A stretch of DNA of 64,000 nucleotides from NCBI RefSeq assembly GCF_039654945.1, contig NW_027361674.1, positions 14,012,001-14,076,000 on the forward strand. The letters are read 5' to 3'. A program made the position numbers and the translations under genes. Shown piece after piece: positions 1 through 13,793 of this stretch (its first letter is position 1; each line of letters begins with the position of its first letter). Origin of the DNA: Dendrobates tinctorius. Lineage: Eukaryota. The notes beneath the pieces were generated by a model. The model made no database searches, was not told the origin of the DNA, and worked only from the letters and a program-made list of their open reading frames with translations.

Positions 1-73
1 AGAAATAGAAGTAATAAAGAACTTGTTTAAATGAGTGAGGTCCATACCATCCTATAGGGAGACAGAGAGAGAG

Positions 74-730
74 TGTCAAGAAGGTGTTGAGGCTTTGGGC
101 ACTAACCAGGTCCCTAAAGCTAGGGGTGCCCTGGTCTATCCCTGTCCCCCGGATTACTCCTGAAGGTGGGGATAAAGGTTCTAATTCCTTGCTATGCTCC
201 TATATCTACCCTGGTCTGTCCCCTCCCTCACTCAGGGTAGTGGGAAGCTTAAGTGTATAGGAACACCCTAACCAGACAAACAAGGGAAGACGGCCAGGGA
301 TTAATGAAACTACAAACCATACAAAATGCTCACACCAAACAATAATGTGAGACACATGGGAATTAATGGAAGGAGACAAAAATAGGAGAGAATGAGGATG
401 TGCATACAGACAAAACTCTAAGCAACAATCTCTTGAACAATCTCCAAACACCAATAACAACCACAACTACATCTCCAACTCCAGAACCAGGCAGTAAGAA
501 CTAACACTGGCAATCACTAAGTGCCAGAGGAGAACATATATAGCAGAGGGGAGTGGACAACACTGAACAGCTGAGACAATCCAAGTAGGAAAGCTACAGG
601 AGCTTCAACTAATAAGTTTAACCCTTGCACTGCTTGCTTGCACAATGGTGAAGTACTACTAACCAGTAGTATATGAAACCAGATGGCATGGTCTTCTGGC
701 CCCTTTCTATCTTGGTGAACCCCTGTGACA
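74..730 (-). mobile_element. Solo LTR (Gypsy, probably Tf1/sushi group)
   Basis: TGTCA...TGACA termini; 5-bp TSD GAGAG (69-73, 731-735); TATATA on the minus strand at ~537-542; no internal coding region. Confidence 0.75.
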
Positions 731-1146
731 GAGAGCTTTTCTACTACAGTAATATACAGGTGCTCCTCACAAAATTAGAATATCATCAAAAAGTTAATTT
801 ATTTCAGTTCTTCCATACAAAAAGTGAAACTCGTATTATATAGAATCATTACAAACAGAGTGAACTACTTCAAGTATGTATTTCCGTTAATGTTGATGAT
901 TATGGCTTACAGCCAATGAAAACCCAAAAGTCATTATCCCAGTAAAATAGAATATTTTATAACACCTGCTTGAAAAATTATTTTAAAATCCAAAATGTTG
1001 GCCTACTGAAATGTATGTTCAGTAAATGCACTCAGTACTTGGTCGGGGCTCCTTTGGCATCAATTACTGCATCAATGCGGCATGGTATGGAGGCGATCAA
1101 CCTGTGGCACTGCTGAGGTGTTATGGAAGCCCAGGTTGCTTTGATA

Positions 1147-1350
1147 AAAATAGCAAGAGAGAAAGATTGGGAGCTTAAATCTCTAATTCACAACAAATCA
1201 TGGTGATATAATAAATAGATCCCGAGTTAGATTGAAAGTACAAAAACCTTTATTAATAGTTAAATAACCAGGACAAGTACAAATAATTCTGACCATATGT
1301 TACAAAAATAATGATAAAATCAGGCGGGTAATAAGACAACCACAAGGCAG
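1147..1350. mobile_element. ~204-bp A-rich insertion inside the Tc1 element
   Basis: Flanked by the 15-bp direct repeat CAGGTTGCTTTGATA (1132-1146, 1351-1365). Confidence 0.65.
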
Positions 1351-1920
1351 CAGGTTGCTTTGATAGCAGCCTTCAGCTCATCTGCATTGTTGGGTCTGGT
1401 GTGTCTCATCTTCCTCTTGACAATACCCCATAGATTCTCTAGGGGGTTAAGGTCAGGCGAGTTTGCTGGCCATTCAAGCACAGTGATACTGTTGTTTTTA
1501 AACCAGATATTGGTACTTTTGGCAGTGTGGACAGGTGCCAAGTCCTGCTGCACAATGAAATTTCCATCTCCAAAAAGCTTGTCGGCAGAGGGAACCATGA
1601 AGTGTTCTAAAATTTCCTGGTAGAGGGCTGCGCTGTCTTTGGTCTTGATAAAACACAGTGGACCTAAACCAGCAGATGACATGGCTCCCCAAACCATCAC
1701 TGATTGTGGAAACTTCACACTAGACCTTAAGCAGCTTGGATTGTGGCCTCTCCACTCTTCCACCAGGGTCTGGGACCTTGATTTCTAAATGAAATACAAA
1801 ATTTACTTTTATCTGAAAACAACACCTTGGACCACTGAGCAACAGTCCAGTTCTTTTTCTCCGGTTTCTGCGGTTAATCCCGGTTGCTTGCATCTTTTCT
1901 ATCACACTTTTTCCTTCCAC
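1351..1920 (-). pseudogene. Tc1 transposase remnant (DD34E region)
   Basis: ORF 1320..1763 has VMVWGAMS, QQDLAPVH and WPANSPDLNPLENLW; frameshifted relative to upstream fragments. Confidence 0.9.
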
Positions 1921-2088
1921 TCAACTTTTCATTAATATGCTTGTATACAGCACTCTGAACAGCCAGCTTCTTTAGCAATGACCTTTTGTGGCTACCCCTC
2001 CATATGGAGTGTGTCAGTGACCGCCTTCTGGACATCTGTCAAGTCAGCAGTCTTCCCCATGATTGTGGAGCCTACTGAAACAGACTAA

Positions 2089-2410
2089 AGGCCCTTTTAC
2101 ATTTAGCGATGCACCAGCGATCCGACCAGCGATCCGACCCGGTCAGGATTGCTGGTGCATCGCTAAATGATCGCTAGTGAGCTTTCACACAGAAAGCTCT
2201 CACAGCACTGCAGCAGCGACGCAGCGCACGATACTCACCTTTCACACTCAGCGATCCAGACGTCCTCCCGCCCACATCCAGCGTCGCTCGTCTCACACAG
2301 CAGGAAGCCCAGCAGGAAGCAGACGACGAGAAATGGAGCCGCCCGATCTCGCGCGATCAGCGATGGACAGCGGGGGAGCCGGTCGGAGGCAAGTATCACA
2401 CATAGCGAAG
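2089..2410. mobile_element. Harbinger-type MITE fragment (same family as 25445-25840 and 43792-44377)
   Basis: Shared AGCGATGCACCAGCGATCC...AGGATCGCTGG motifs and a similar internal block. Confidence 0.6.
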
Positions 2411-3919
2411 AGTAACTCTTGGCCAACAGATACTGGTGGCATATGGACAGGCTGCACTTACCTTATGACCCATGTTAGACCTCTGCTAACTAGAATGACT
2501 CTCTACTTGGATGATTACGGGAATCCTGCGGATTTTGTTCAATGGATCCCCTCCAACCTCTACAATACGCTGGTTTGAGCGCCAAATACAAAATGGGGAT
2601 CTTCAAAGAGGACAATTGCTTTAAACTCCTATATAAGCTAGAAAACATGCTACAAATACTTAGTATGTAATATTTATTTGCACAATTTCTCTTCTACAAT
2701 TCTTTGCATGATCCTGTAGCTTTATTTAGTATTTTGCTGGGAACAAACCACATACTAACTATTGGAAGAGATTGTTCTTCATTTCATGGTCTTGTAAAAC
2801 ATGTGGCTAATCTCACAATGTAACCTGAGGACATTCTCCAAGTCCAGTCCCATGAAAGAGCGTGACCGATGATGTCATGGGACCCTTGTCTGAATCTGAG
2901 AGCATAAAGGAAAAGCTCAACAGGAAAGCCAGTTGTATGTAGTTTATTTTATATTATCGCTCACTCTTAAAAAGAGGCACCCCAAACTTATACACTGCAT
3001 ACAAAGCAAAGTGAGTAGGGCAGAAGTCCTTAATGTTGGGCAGGTCCACTAAAAATATTCCCCAAAATCCCCCAATTCTGCACTATGATTAGTTAGGTTG
3101 TTTTGTAGATAAAGGATTTGTCTGAAGTAGACCCTAATATCCCATAAGGGAGTTATATGAGGTGATCCCTTATGCTGAACCAATACCTATTAGTCAGGTA
3201 GAAGAGCCGATATATAAAGCGTCTCACTCCGAGTGTCCCGGCAAGTCCATGATTACTAGAACAACTGATTCATTTCTATAATAATTGTGTAATACTCAAT
3301 ATCGCCTGCGGGGGTGTTGTAGAGAAATTCAAGAGTTTTGCCCGTTTACACAATATCATTGGAAATCTTGTGCTCCGTTTACTGTCAGGACACCTTTAAA
3401 GAAAAACATTGTGTAAGGTTAACGTCTCTTTCAGTTTAATATATTTTTCTAGGCCCCTCTCGTTCTTGTTGCTTTTCTGCTGATCAGACTGAATGGGGTG
3501 AAGGCCAGGTTTTCCTGCAGCTGTTACATTAAACACTTTTGCTGGGAAAGCGCTTGCCACACTTCGAGAGAGATTCTTTCATGCTATAGAAAAATATATA
3601 AGTTCTGTGGCAAACATGTCTGGAGGTCCTGAGAGACCTTCTTGGCTTAGAATTCATGGAGTCAGGTATGTGCTTGTGCTCATGAGTGCTGTGTGATAGC
3701 TGTCAATCATCCAGATGTGGAATACATCACTTCAGAATAGCTTATTCATCAGGAACTTGCGATGGGTCGCTGCGGTCATGCACCGACGTAATAATTACCG
3801 TCTCAGCAATGATCGCCATGATTAACTCTATAAGTATATTCCTGGCTAATAAGACAATGTTAGTTTTTCTTTTCTGAGAGGGTGAAAACGCTAGAAACTT
3901 GTTCACAGATCAATATGTA

Positions 3920-4960
<1,041 letters not shown>

Positions 4961-5423
4961 AAGTCCTTTAGCCAAATGTTAGTATTGATTGTGTCAAATC
5001 TGGAGTCTCCTTTGGTCCTCTGATGGGTCAGTCAAATTTGGATACGCTAGTCAAAAATTGAAGTAGTTTTAAGGGACTTTTGATATGGATTACTGAACTT
5101 TACTCTATTGGATCATTGGCGACCAACTCCCAGCACCTTCTAGATTAGCTAATAGAACTTGACACAGGTCAGTATATTTGTGCAGTGACTTTTCCTGGTA
5201 CTACAGCTGTAGCCCCTTCAATCAGTTGAATGATGGGGGTGCCGGGAGTCAGACTCCTATTAATGTGATAAGGGTTTTTCTATCCAAAACATTAGACGGC
5301 TGTTGGCTGAACAATGCTTTGGCTGATCATATGGCCGACAACCATCGCAGCCATCTCTCCTGTACATAGGAGAGCTTGTTTGGCCGAGTGTTCCTGTGAG
5401 AAAGCCGTCGGGTGAGACGTATG

Positions 5424-5828
5424 TGTAAGCAGGTAGCAGGATGCAGTGACACAGGAGGCAGAGCAAGGGTTAACAAGATGTAACAATTTAATATAACAAG
5501 GTGTTCACTCCTCGCAGGTAGGTTAATGGTTAAAGGAGGGATAATAGGGATAACAGATGTAAGGCAATAACAGTCCAATGACGGAAATTATCGTGTCCTG
5601 TATGCTCCTCTGCAGCAGATGATCCCGCAGGGGGGTTGTAGAACTGGCAGTGGCCAGGTGATAACCTCAGAGGGGTCCTTCAAACGATGATTCGTCTTCT
5701 GGTGGCAGCGGTCGGTCAAGAGGTCGGTTCAGCTCTTCATTTATTCCCCCAGGCAACAAGGGAGGCAGTCTCAACAGTTCTGGACCCAGCTTGGTACAGG
5801 TATCCACAGTCCAGTCTTCCACCATACT
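5424..5828 (-). repeat. Element A 3' LTR (internally deleted)
   Basis: Aligns to 19359-20109 with a ~350-bp gap; minus-strand polypurine tract adjacent at ~5829-5840. Confidence 0.8.
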
Positions 5829-5839
5829 CTCCCCCTCTC

Positions 5840-7976
5840 CATAAGCTCGCCATTCCACGGGCGAGCGTTCTTGCAGCAGGCCTTGACACTCCTCCATCTC
5901 TCGAATGATCCGCTGCCAAGTAAATTGGTCTTGTTCATAATGGTTGGAAGGTATTCCAGCTGTTGTTCGTTCTGTGCGGCGTATGTCAGATTGGGCAGTT
6001 GAGGACGGGGATGCGTCCGGGTTCGGTGGAGCAACCATATCGGGAGTTTCAGGTTCTTGCACTTCCCCTGCGCCAGTGGGTAACGGACTGTCCAGATCTG
6101 AAGGTAAGGCAGGTTCTTCTTCAATACAATCGAAGGTCACTGGAGTGGATACCTTGGGAACACTTGGCGCTCTTCCTTCTCTTTCAGGATCTCATGACAG
6201 GCAAGGACATAACATGCTTCGATGAACTACTCGGGTAGGGTAGGGGCCCCTTCTTCTCCCTCAGGCTGGACTTCATAGTCGGGTCCATCAGTTCCAATTC
6301 GGCGTTTCACCCGGTACGGAGTTTGCTCCCATTAATACTCTAACTCGCCTCGAGGTCGCTTGTCTCGCACCAATAATCGGTCCCCAGCCTTGAGAGCTGT
6401 CCCTTGCAGGGGTGTCATCTCATGGTGCTCAAGTTCACGAAACCTGGTCTGTACTAGTCGAGGCAGAGTCTGCAAGCGATGTCAATGTTCACGGACCCAG
6501 GTGTACACCGCCGTACATGGGTAGTCCTCCTCTGGGTCCATCTCCAGCTTGGCAATCTCTCGTCCCTTTCGGCCGAACAGCAGGGTGTATGGCGTGTATC
6601 AAGTTGTACTGTGCACTCGGTTGTTGTACACCCAGACCAACTCAGCTACATACTCATGCCAACGGACTTTTGTGTCTTCCTCCAACGTTCTCAACATCCG
6701 AATCAACATCCGGTTGAAACATTCACAGGCTCCATTCCACTGTGGATGGTAAGCTGTCATCCTGGACTTTTCAATCCGATACAGGTGGTAAAGCTCTTCT
6801 ATCACTCGACCCTAAAAGCAGGCACCTTGATCAGAATGGATCCTTTTTGGGCATCCATACACCTGGATGAAATCTCGACAGATGGCCTGTGCAGCTGACT
6901 CAGCTGTCTGATCCCAGGTTGGGGTCACTACAGCGAACTTATTGAAATGATTGGTCATCACAAGAAAATGTTAATATCTAAGATCAGCAGAACCCACGGT
7001 CAAGTAGTTGATCATAAGCAGTTCCAAGGGAGCGGAGGTCACAATGGTCTGCATTGGAACTCTCTGTTCTGGAGGTTTAGCCAATTCATAGCTTCGACAC
7101 TGTTAACAGGACTCTTCCACTGCAGTCTTCAACCGGCGATGAGGGACCAGCTTCTGCAACAATGGAAATGTCTTCTCTAGGCCGAAGTGATCCCCTCTTA
7201 CATGACCTTCTATGGTCACCTCATTGATCAGTTTTTCGGGGAGCACCACTTGCCAGGTGATGCCCAATTCTCAGACCAACTGCACCTTCCGATACAGCAA
7301 ACCATCTTCCAGTTGAAGCCTCTCCTATTGTTGGAGAATCTACAGCATCCCTCAGGGTAGGGCATCTTGCTCACTCTGGCTGGGGAGTTGTTTTAGGACC
7401 ACCCATTGTCTCAACTGAGCAAGTTCCCTGTCTTCCTGCTGAAGCCACACCCAGCCATCTCGAGATCATCCCAACAGGTGTTTTCCCAACGCCTCTTCGA
7501 CCTGTTCCTGAGTCGCCGCCAACGTTCTGCCGAGGTTCTGGAACCCAGGGATCTATTCTGCCTCCAACTCTTCATCTTGGTCCCGGCCAGGTTCGCTTGT
7601 GAGTCACTCTGGACCGGGCGTTGGCATGTGTATTCTCAGCTCCTTTTCCGTATGCGGTTTTGTATTGATATTTTGCCATACAGGCCACCCATTGTTGCTT
7701 CAAAGCCCCCAGTTTCACATTTTCTAGGTGGGCTAGAGTTTTGTTGTCAGTGCGTACCAAGACTTTGGATCCCGACAGATACTCGGCAAACTTCTCATCG
7801 CCCACACTAACGCCAGTAACTCCAGCTTAGAAGAACTATAGTTGTCCGGGTTCCATTCTGAGTCGTGGAGAGATCGGCTCACTCATTCCTTTCTGTCCTG
7901 TATCTGGGACAATACATCCCCTAATCCCTGAAGACTTCCATCGGTATGAAGGATGAAAGGTTGAGAGAAGTCGGCA
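5840..7976 (-). pseudogene. Element A RNase H and integrase remnants
   Basis: AYADFSQPFILHTDGSLQGLG; KFAEYLSGSKVLVRTDNK; MTAYHPQWNGACECFNRMLIRML; multiple stops and frameshifts. Confidence 0.85.
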
Positions 7977-7981
7977 TAGGC

Positions 7982-8769
7982 TGTTGTGAGTTCATTTTCC
8001 CCTTCACTACGGAGGCCCGAGGAACTCCCTCTTCTGGTAAAGAAAGGCAGTGAGCCTGATTATCAAACACCTGAGGCTGATGATGATGACTGGCTGAGTG
8101 GAGTTACTGACTGGATATAAGGCTGCCGACGCCCTTCTGCCCTGCGGGTGATTTCTCTGTGGGATCCTTGGAGACCAGTCTGAATTCCTGCTCCTCTAAA
8201 GCTAAGTTTGCTGCTCGGCTTTTTGCATTTGTGCTTTGACTTTGTTTTGCTTTGTTTTTCTGTATTTCTGCCATTCCCTGCTGGGGTGTGCTGAATTCCT
8301 TTAGCTCTGTCTTCTGAAAATACCTGAGTGCTGATTTAGTTTTTGAAGCCTAGCTGCTTCAGGGCCTTTTTCATATCAGCTTGTTGGCTTATGTCTTTGA
8401 TAGGGTTTTGGCAGATTGCAGACAGCAGCCTTCCTGTCCTTTCCTATCTAGGTAGTTTTGGGCCCCGGCTTTGCTCAGTCTATCTTTCTTTCTGTGTTAG
8501 CGTTTTCATCTTGCTTCACCGTCATTATATGTTGGGGGCTGCCTATTGCTTTGGGGTCTGCTCTGGGGCAGTTTAGATTTCCCCTTTCTTTCTTTAGGCC
8601 TATTTAATTCTCCGGCTGTGGTCTAGGGCATCGTAGGAACCCCCCACGGCTACTGCTAGTTGTGTTGATAGGTTCAGGGGTCTGCAATCTGATAGTTGCC
8701 AACTTCTCTGGTTTTCTGGACTTAGCTTGTATTTCTGTTTTTGCCTCCTACGGTGACTCTATCATAACA
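7982..8769 (+). repeat. Element B 5' LTR
   Basis: 788 bp; TATAA at 8116-8120; direct repeat of 15437-16232. Confidence 0.95.
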
Positions 8770-8780
8770 GAATCACCCGC
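8770..8780 (+). promoter_or_regulatory. Self-priming primer-binding site of element B
   Basis: GAATCACCCGC lacks the TGG tRNA signature and is complementary to GCGGGTGATTT (8144-8154), 28 nt after the TATA start. Confidence 0.8.
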
Positions 8781-8908
8781 CATACCGCAGATCCTAGGGT
8801 ACTCAATAGCAGGAAAGAATTGTAAAAAAAAAAAAAAAAAAAAAAAAGTGTGTATATTTTTTTCCTCTATATCTCTGAGGCCGTAGGGGGAATTTTTTTT
8901 TTCTCTCA

Positions 8909-10915
8909 ATGGAGATAAAGCAATTGTCTGATCGTGTGGAGCAGCTCGCTGCGGAAGTGCGGGGAATTTCCGCCTACCTTGCTCATTCACATGCTGCTGA
9001 ACCAAAGATTCCTACACCTGATGTATTTTTTGGGGATCGGTCTAAATTTTTGAATTTCAAAAATAATTGTAAATTATTTTTTGCCTTGAAGCCTAACTCC
9101 TCAGGGAGCTCCGCGCAGCAGGTTAAAATTGTCATCTCTTTGCTGCGTGGCGATCCCCAGGATTGGGCGTTTTCTTTGAAACCAGATGATCCTATTCTGA
9201 CTAATGTGAACGCATTTTTTCAGGCCTTGGGGTTGTTGTATGACGAACCTAATGCCATTGATCAGGCTGAAAAGACCCTGCTGGCATTGAACCAGGGTCG
9301 TGATTCTGCAGAATTGTACTGTCAAAAATTCCGAAAGTGGGCAGTACTTACTACCTGGAATGATAATGCCTTGGCTGCTCTCTTTCGGAAGGGGTTGTCA
9401 GAAGCCGTAAAAGATACTATGGTGGGATTTCCTGTTCCCTCTGGTCTTGACGATTCTATGTCATTAGCCATTCAGGTTGATCGGCGTTTGCGCGAACGCA
9501 AAGCTGCACGAGAGGTGTTGCCACCTGTTGAACAAATGTCTGAACCTATGCAATGTGATAGAGTTTTTTCCAGAGAGCAGCGTCAGGAGTTCAGAAGGCG
9601 TAATAAGTTGTGTTTTTTCTGTGGAGATGCCTCGCATATTATTTCTGTCTGTCCTAAACTAGAGAAACGCTTTGCACACACGTTTTCTGTTGGAGGTGTT
9701 CAACCTAAGTTTCTTCTGGCTATTACTCTGATCTGCTCCCTGTCCACATTTTCTGCTAAGGCTTTTGTGGATTCGGGAGCAGCCCTAAACCTAATGGACT
9801 TGGATTTTGCTAAACGTTGTGGATTTCCGATGACACCTCTGCAGACGCCTATCCCTTTGAGGGGGATTGATGCTACTCCTTTGGCTAAAAATAAACCTCA
9901 GTTTTGGACCCAGGTGGTAATGCGGGTCGCCCCAGACCATCAAGAAAATTGCAGATTTTTGGTGTTGCATAATCTGCATGATACTATTGTTCTGGGGTTT
10001 CCCTGGTTACAAATTCATAATCCAGTTTTGGATTGGAAATCTGTGTCTGTGGTGAGTTGGGGTTGTCGGTGTGCCTTTAGTGAGGCTCCGGTGTTTTCCA
10101 CCTCTCCTCAGTCGCATGATGTTCCTGATTATTTGGCGGACTTTTATGATGTATTTAGTGAGAATGAGTCTGCGTCTCTGCCTCCTCATAGGAGTTATGA
10201 CTGTGCAATTGAACTGAGCCCGGGGTGTAAATTTCCCAAGGGTCGGCTCTTCAATTTATCTGTACCCGAGCACGAGGCAATGCGATCCTATATTAAGGAG
10301 GCGTTGGAGAAGGGTCATATTAGACCATCCTCGTCACCCTTAGGTGCCGGTTTTTTTTTTGTAGCCAAAAAGGATGGATCATTAAGACTTTGTATTGATT
10401 ATCGTGCCCTCAACAAAATTACTGTTAAATATCAGTATCCGTTACCCCTGATTTCTGATCTATTCTCCAGAGTTAAAGGTGCTTGCTGGTTTACCAAGCT
10501 TGACCTCAGGGGGGCGTATAATCTTATTCGCATTAAGCATGGGGATGAATGGAAGACGGCGTTTAATACTCCGGAGGGACATTTTGAGTACCTGGTGATG
10601 CCTTTTGGGCTCACTAATGCCCCTTCTGTCTTCCAGTGCTTCATGAACGATATTTTCCGAGATTTTGTCGATAAATTTTTGATTATCTATCTGGATGATA
10701 TTTTGATCTTCTCCAAGGATTGGGATTCTCATGTGGAACATATTCGGACTGTGTTCCGGATCTTGAGGGAGAATTCCCTGTATGTCAAAGGATCTAAATG
10801 CCTTTTTGGAGTACAGAGGATTTCTTTATGGGATTTATTTTGTCCCCGTCAACTATTGAAATGGACCCGGCCAAGGTACAGGCCATTTACGACTGGGTTC
10901 AGCCCACTTCTTTGA
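8909..10915 (+). CDS. Element B Gag-protease-RT polyprotein, N-terminal part (frameshift at ~10825)
   Basis: Zinc knuckle [14 protein letters not shown]; protease FVDSGA; [13 protein letters not shown] and YLDD. Confidence 0.92.
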   Translation: MEIKQLSDRVEQLAAEVRGISAYLAHSHAAEPKIPTPDVFFGDRSKFLNFKNNCKLFFALKPNSSGSSAQQVKIVISLLRGDPQDWAFSLKPDDPILTNVNAFFQALGLLYDEPNAIDQAEKTLLALNQGRDSAELYCQKFRKWAVLTTWNDNALAALFRKGLSEAVKDTMVGFPVPSGLDDSMSLAIQVDRRLRERKAAREVLPPVEQMSEPMQCDRVFSREQRQEFRRRNKLCFFCGDASHIISVCPKLEKRFAHTFSVGGVQPKFLLAITLICSLSTFSAKAFVDSGAALNLMDLDFAKRCGFPMTPLQTPIPLRGIDATPLAKNKPQFWTQVVMRVAPDHQENCRFLVLHNLHDTIVLGFPWLQIHNPVLDWKSVSVVSWGCRCAFSEAPVFSTSPQSHDVPDYLADFYDVFSENESASLPPHRSYDCAIELSPGCKFPKGRLFNLSVPEHEAMRSYIKEALEKGHIRPSSSPLGAGFFFVAKKDGSLRLCIDYRALNKITVKYQYPLPLISDLFSRVKGACWFTKLDLRGAYNLIRIKHGDEWKTAFNTPEGHFEYLVMPFGLTNAPSVFQCFMNDIFRDFVDKFLIIYLDDILIFSKDWDSHVEHIRTVFRILRENSLYVKGSKCLFGVQRISLWDLFCPRQLLKWTRPRYRPFTTGFSPLL

Positions 10916-11319
10916 AGGCCCTCCAGAAGTTTTTGGGTTTTGCTAATTTTTATCGGAAATTTATAGCAAAATTTTCTAGTATTGCCAAGCCATTGACTGA
11001 TTTGACTAAGAAGGGTGCTGATGTGTTAAATTGGTCTCCGGAGGCTGTTTCTTCCTTTCAGGAGCTGAAGCGAAGATTCACCTCCGCCCCGGTTTTGCGG
11101 CAACCTGATGTCTCACTTCCATTCCAGGTAGAGGTGGATGCTTCTGAGATTGGTGCAGGAGCTGTTTTGTCCCAAAAGGATCCTGTAACATCTAAAATGA
11201 ATCCCTGTGCTTTCTTTTCCCGAAAGTTCTCTCCATCTGAACGTAACTATGATGTGGGGAATAGGGAACTGTTGGCCATGAAATGGGCATTTGAGGAGTG
11301 GAGACATTGGTTGGAGGGA
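10828..11319 (+). CDS. Element B RT C-terminus and RNase H (interrupted by element C)
   Basis: [50 protein letters not shown]. Confidence 0.88.
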
Positions 11320-11479
11320 TGTCACGTCCGCCATGTCTGCCATGTCTGTTTGTCTCAAGAACTCCTGGAGCGATGTGCATGCGCATGTTTTGTCTGCTGT
11401 CCTGCATGTTCGCTAGAGCTGTGTGCAGACTCACCTCATGTCTGAGCTGCAGGATCCCTGCGTTTCTGCTCTGCCTTCT

Positions 11480-11720
11480 GTGATCTTCTCGTCATGTCTG
11501 GAGTCCTTGATCATGTGATGTTTCTTAAGATCCTGCACTGTCTGGTTCTGCAATCATCTCGTCATGTCTAGAATCCCGGATCATGTGTTCTTCCTAGGAT
11601 CCTGCACTGGTTGGTTCGGTGATCATCTCGTCATGTCTGAAACCCTGATCATGTGACGTTTCCTAAGATCCTGCACTGTCTGGTTCTGCTATCATCTCGT
11701 CATGTCTAGAATCCCGGAAG
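11480..11720 (+). repeat. ~60-bp tandem repeat (about 4 copies) in the U3-like part of element C
   Basis: Recurring ATCATCTCGTCATGTCT...GATCATGTG and GATCCTGCACTG...TGGTTC. Confidence 0.8.
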
Positions 11721-12501
11721 TGCTCCCCTGGTCCTGACCTGGAGGAGGAGGTGCTATGCCCTATATCAGGCCGCCTCTTCCTATGCTCAGGGCCTGATTA
11801 TTGTGTTGCTTCCCTGCAAGGCTTTGGGTCTGTGGGGTTGCTCCCTCTATTCTGTGCCCTTGCACTTTGCTCTGTAGTGCGTCTCTGCACACGCTCCGTG
11901 CTCGTATTCCGCCTCTTGTCTTGTGCCATGTCTTGTGTTGTCTCTCGTGCCATGTTTGTCTTTGCCTTGCTTTGCCTTGTAGTCCTTCTGCTGTTCTTTG
12001 TCTTAGTCTGTTTTGCTATGTCTCGCCTTAGCTATGCTTTGACTTGTAGTCCTTCCTTTGTTCTCTGCCTCGCCTGTTTTGCCATGTCTTGCTTTTGCTA
12101 TGCTTTGACTTGTAGTCCTCCCTGTGTTCTCTGCCTTGCTATTCCTTGCTTTGTGTTCCTCCCTATGGTCTCAGTCTTTGCTTGCTCTGCCTCGCTCTCT
12201 CCTATGGTGCTCTGTAGTGCTCCCTGGCACACGCACCATTTCTCCTCTCCTTAGTGCTCGTTTCTTTGTCTAGTCCCAAGGTCTTCCCTTGGCCCGGCTC
12301 TGGGCTTCTGCCTACGCTCCGCTGCTAGACTCTGTCCTCGCTCTGACCTGGCTCTGTTTCTGCTTGTGTTCCTTGCCTTGTTCCCTGCCTTGTCCTTGCA
12401 TTGAACCCCGGCGTGGGTTCCCCTTGGCCGTCTCCTGTGCCGTGGTAAGTGCCACGTGTTTGTGTACAGCCGTGTGTACTGGCCAGTGTGGCGTGCCCCC
12501 T

Positions 12502-13230
12502 GCGTGGCTCCTAGCACGCAGCCCTTCCTTGTGCCCTGGCGTGGCTCCTAGCACGCACCCTGCCTTGAACCCTGGCGTGGCTCCTAGCACGCACCCTGCC
12601 TTGAACCCTGGCGTGGCTCCTAGCACGCACCCTGCCCTGAACCTGGCGTGGCTCCTAGCACGAAGGTTCCTTTGCCCCCTCCTGTGCCTTAGTCGTGCCT
12701 CGTGCTGGCGTTACAGCCGTGTGCATTGGCCAGTGAGGTGTGCGTCCCTGCGTAGCTCCTAGCACGCAGCCCTGCTCTGAACCCTGGCGTGTCTCTACAC
12801 GCACTCTGTCTTGTGCCTTGGCGTGTCTCTACACGCACTCTGTCTTGTACCTTGGCGTGTCTCTACACGCACTCTGTCTTGTACCTTGGCGTGTCTCTAC
12901 ACGCACTCTGTCTTGTACCTTGAACCTTGGCGTGTCTCTACACGCACTCTGTCTTATACCTTGTACCTTGGCGTGTCTCTACACGCACTGTCTTATTCTA
13001 TGCTTTGGCGTGGCTACACACGCACCCTGTCTCGTTTGCGAACCTTGGCGTGTCCCCTACACACGCACCTCGCTTTGAACCCTGGCGTGTCCCCTACACA
13101 CGCACCTTGCCTTGCACCTAGTCTTGAACCCTGGCGTGTCCCCTACACACGCACCTAGCCTTGGACCCTGGCGTGTCCCCTACACACGCACCTAGCCTTG
13201 GACCTTGGCGTGTTCCCTAAACACGCACCC
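12502..13230 (+). repeat. Array of 18 mostly 34-40-bp units, each with a GCGTG-loop-CACGC inverted repeat
   Basis: Units counted by eye; 16 have an intact stem; three loop classes occur in blocks. Confidence 0.9.
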
Positions 13231-13793
13231 TGCTTGGATATCTGTCGTGCCTCCTTGCCTGAACCCTGGTTTGCCTGCCGGATGCCCGGAACCTGCCGAC
13301 CGTTGCCAGAGGTCCGGAACCAGATGACTGCGGCCTGATGTCCGGAGCTGACGTCCGCAGCCTGATCCCTGGACCCTGTCGGTTTGCCAGCAGTCCGGAG
13401 TCCGATGCCATCATGCCATTACCTGTGCCTAGGCGTGCCATCTGGCACGTACCATGTTATGGACCTTGGCGTGCCCACGCGCGCACCTTGCACGTTTTGC
13501 TTGTTTTCCCTGTATGTGATCTTGTGTTATTCTAATGAAGATACCTTGCACCTACGTCTAGTCTCGTCTTGCTTCCTGCTCGTCCTTGTCGTCAGACACT
13601 CGTCTAGTGTCCCCTGAGCCGGCCGTCTGGTCCCAGCAGTCGTGGTGGCTCACCCCCTTGGTCTTGCCCCTGACACTCCCTGTATAGGGGGTGGATTCTC
13701 ACAAGGTCAGCTCGCCCTCGGTGGGTGGGTGCCACGACCCAGAGGGTCCACTCAAAAAATGGGCTCAGCAGGAGCTGAGTCCGTCACAAGGGA

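Larger units (their letters stand above)
757..2088 (-). mobile_element. Tc1-like DNA transposon, truncated (second TIR not found)
   Basis: TA followed by CAGGTGC...CACAAAATTAGAATAT Tc1-type terminus; transposase fragments inside. Confidence 0.85.
11320..13788 (+). mobile_element. Element C: 2.47-kb solo LTR with internal tandem arrays
   Basis: TGTCACG...CGTCACA termini; 5-bp TSD AGGGA (11315-11319, 13789-13793); TATAT at 11762; removing it restores the RNase H frame. Confidence 0.85.

Noticed and set aside
10820-10830. Programmed -1 ribosomal frameshift in element B
   Set aside because: It falls within RT rather than at a gag/pol junction and has no clear slippery heptamer; a 1-nt homopolymer loss explains it
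11751-13160. Cys/Leu-rich and repetitive ORFs in element C
   Set aside because: By-products of A-poor, low-complexity and tandem sequence; no domain motifs
12502-13230. CRISPR-like array (palindromic repeats with short spacers)
   Set aside because: Eukaryotic context, no cas genes, and the spacers are homologous to each other rather than unique; this is a tandem repeat inside an LTR
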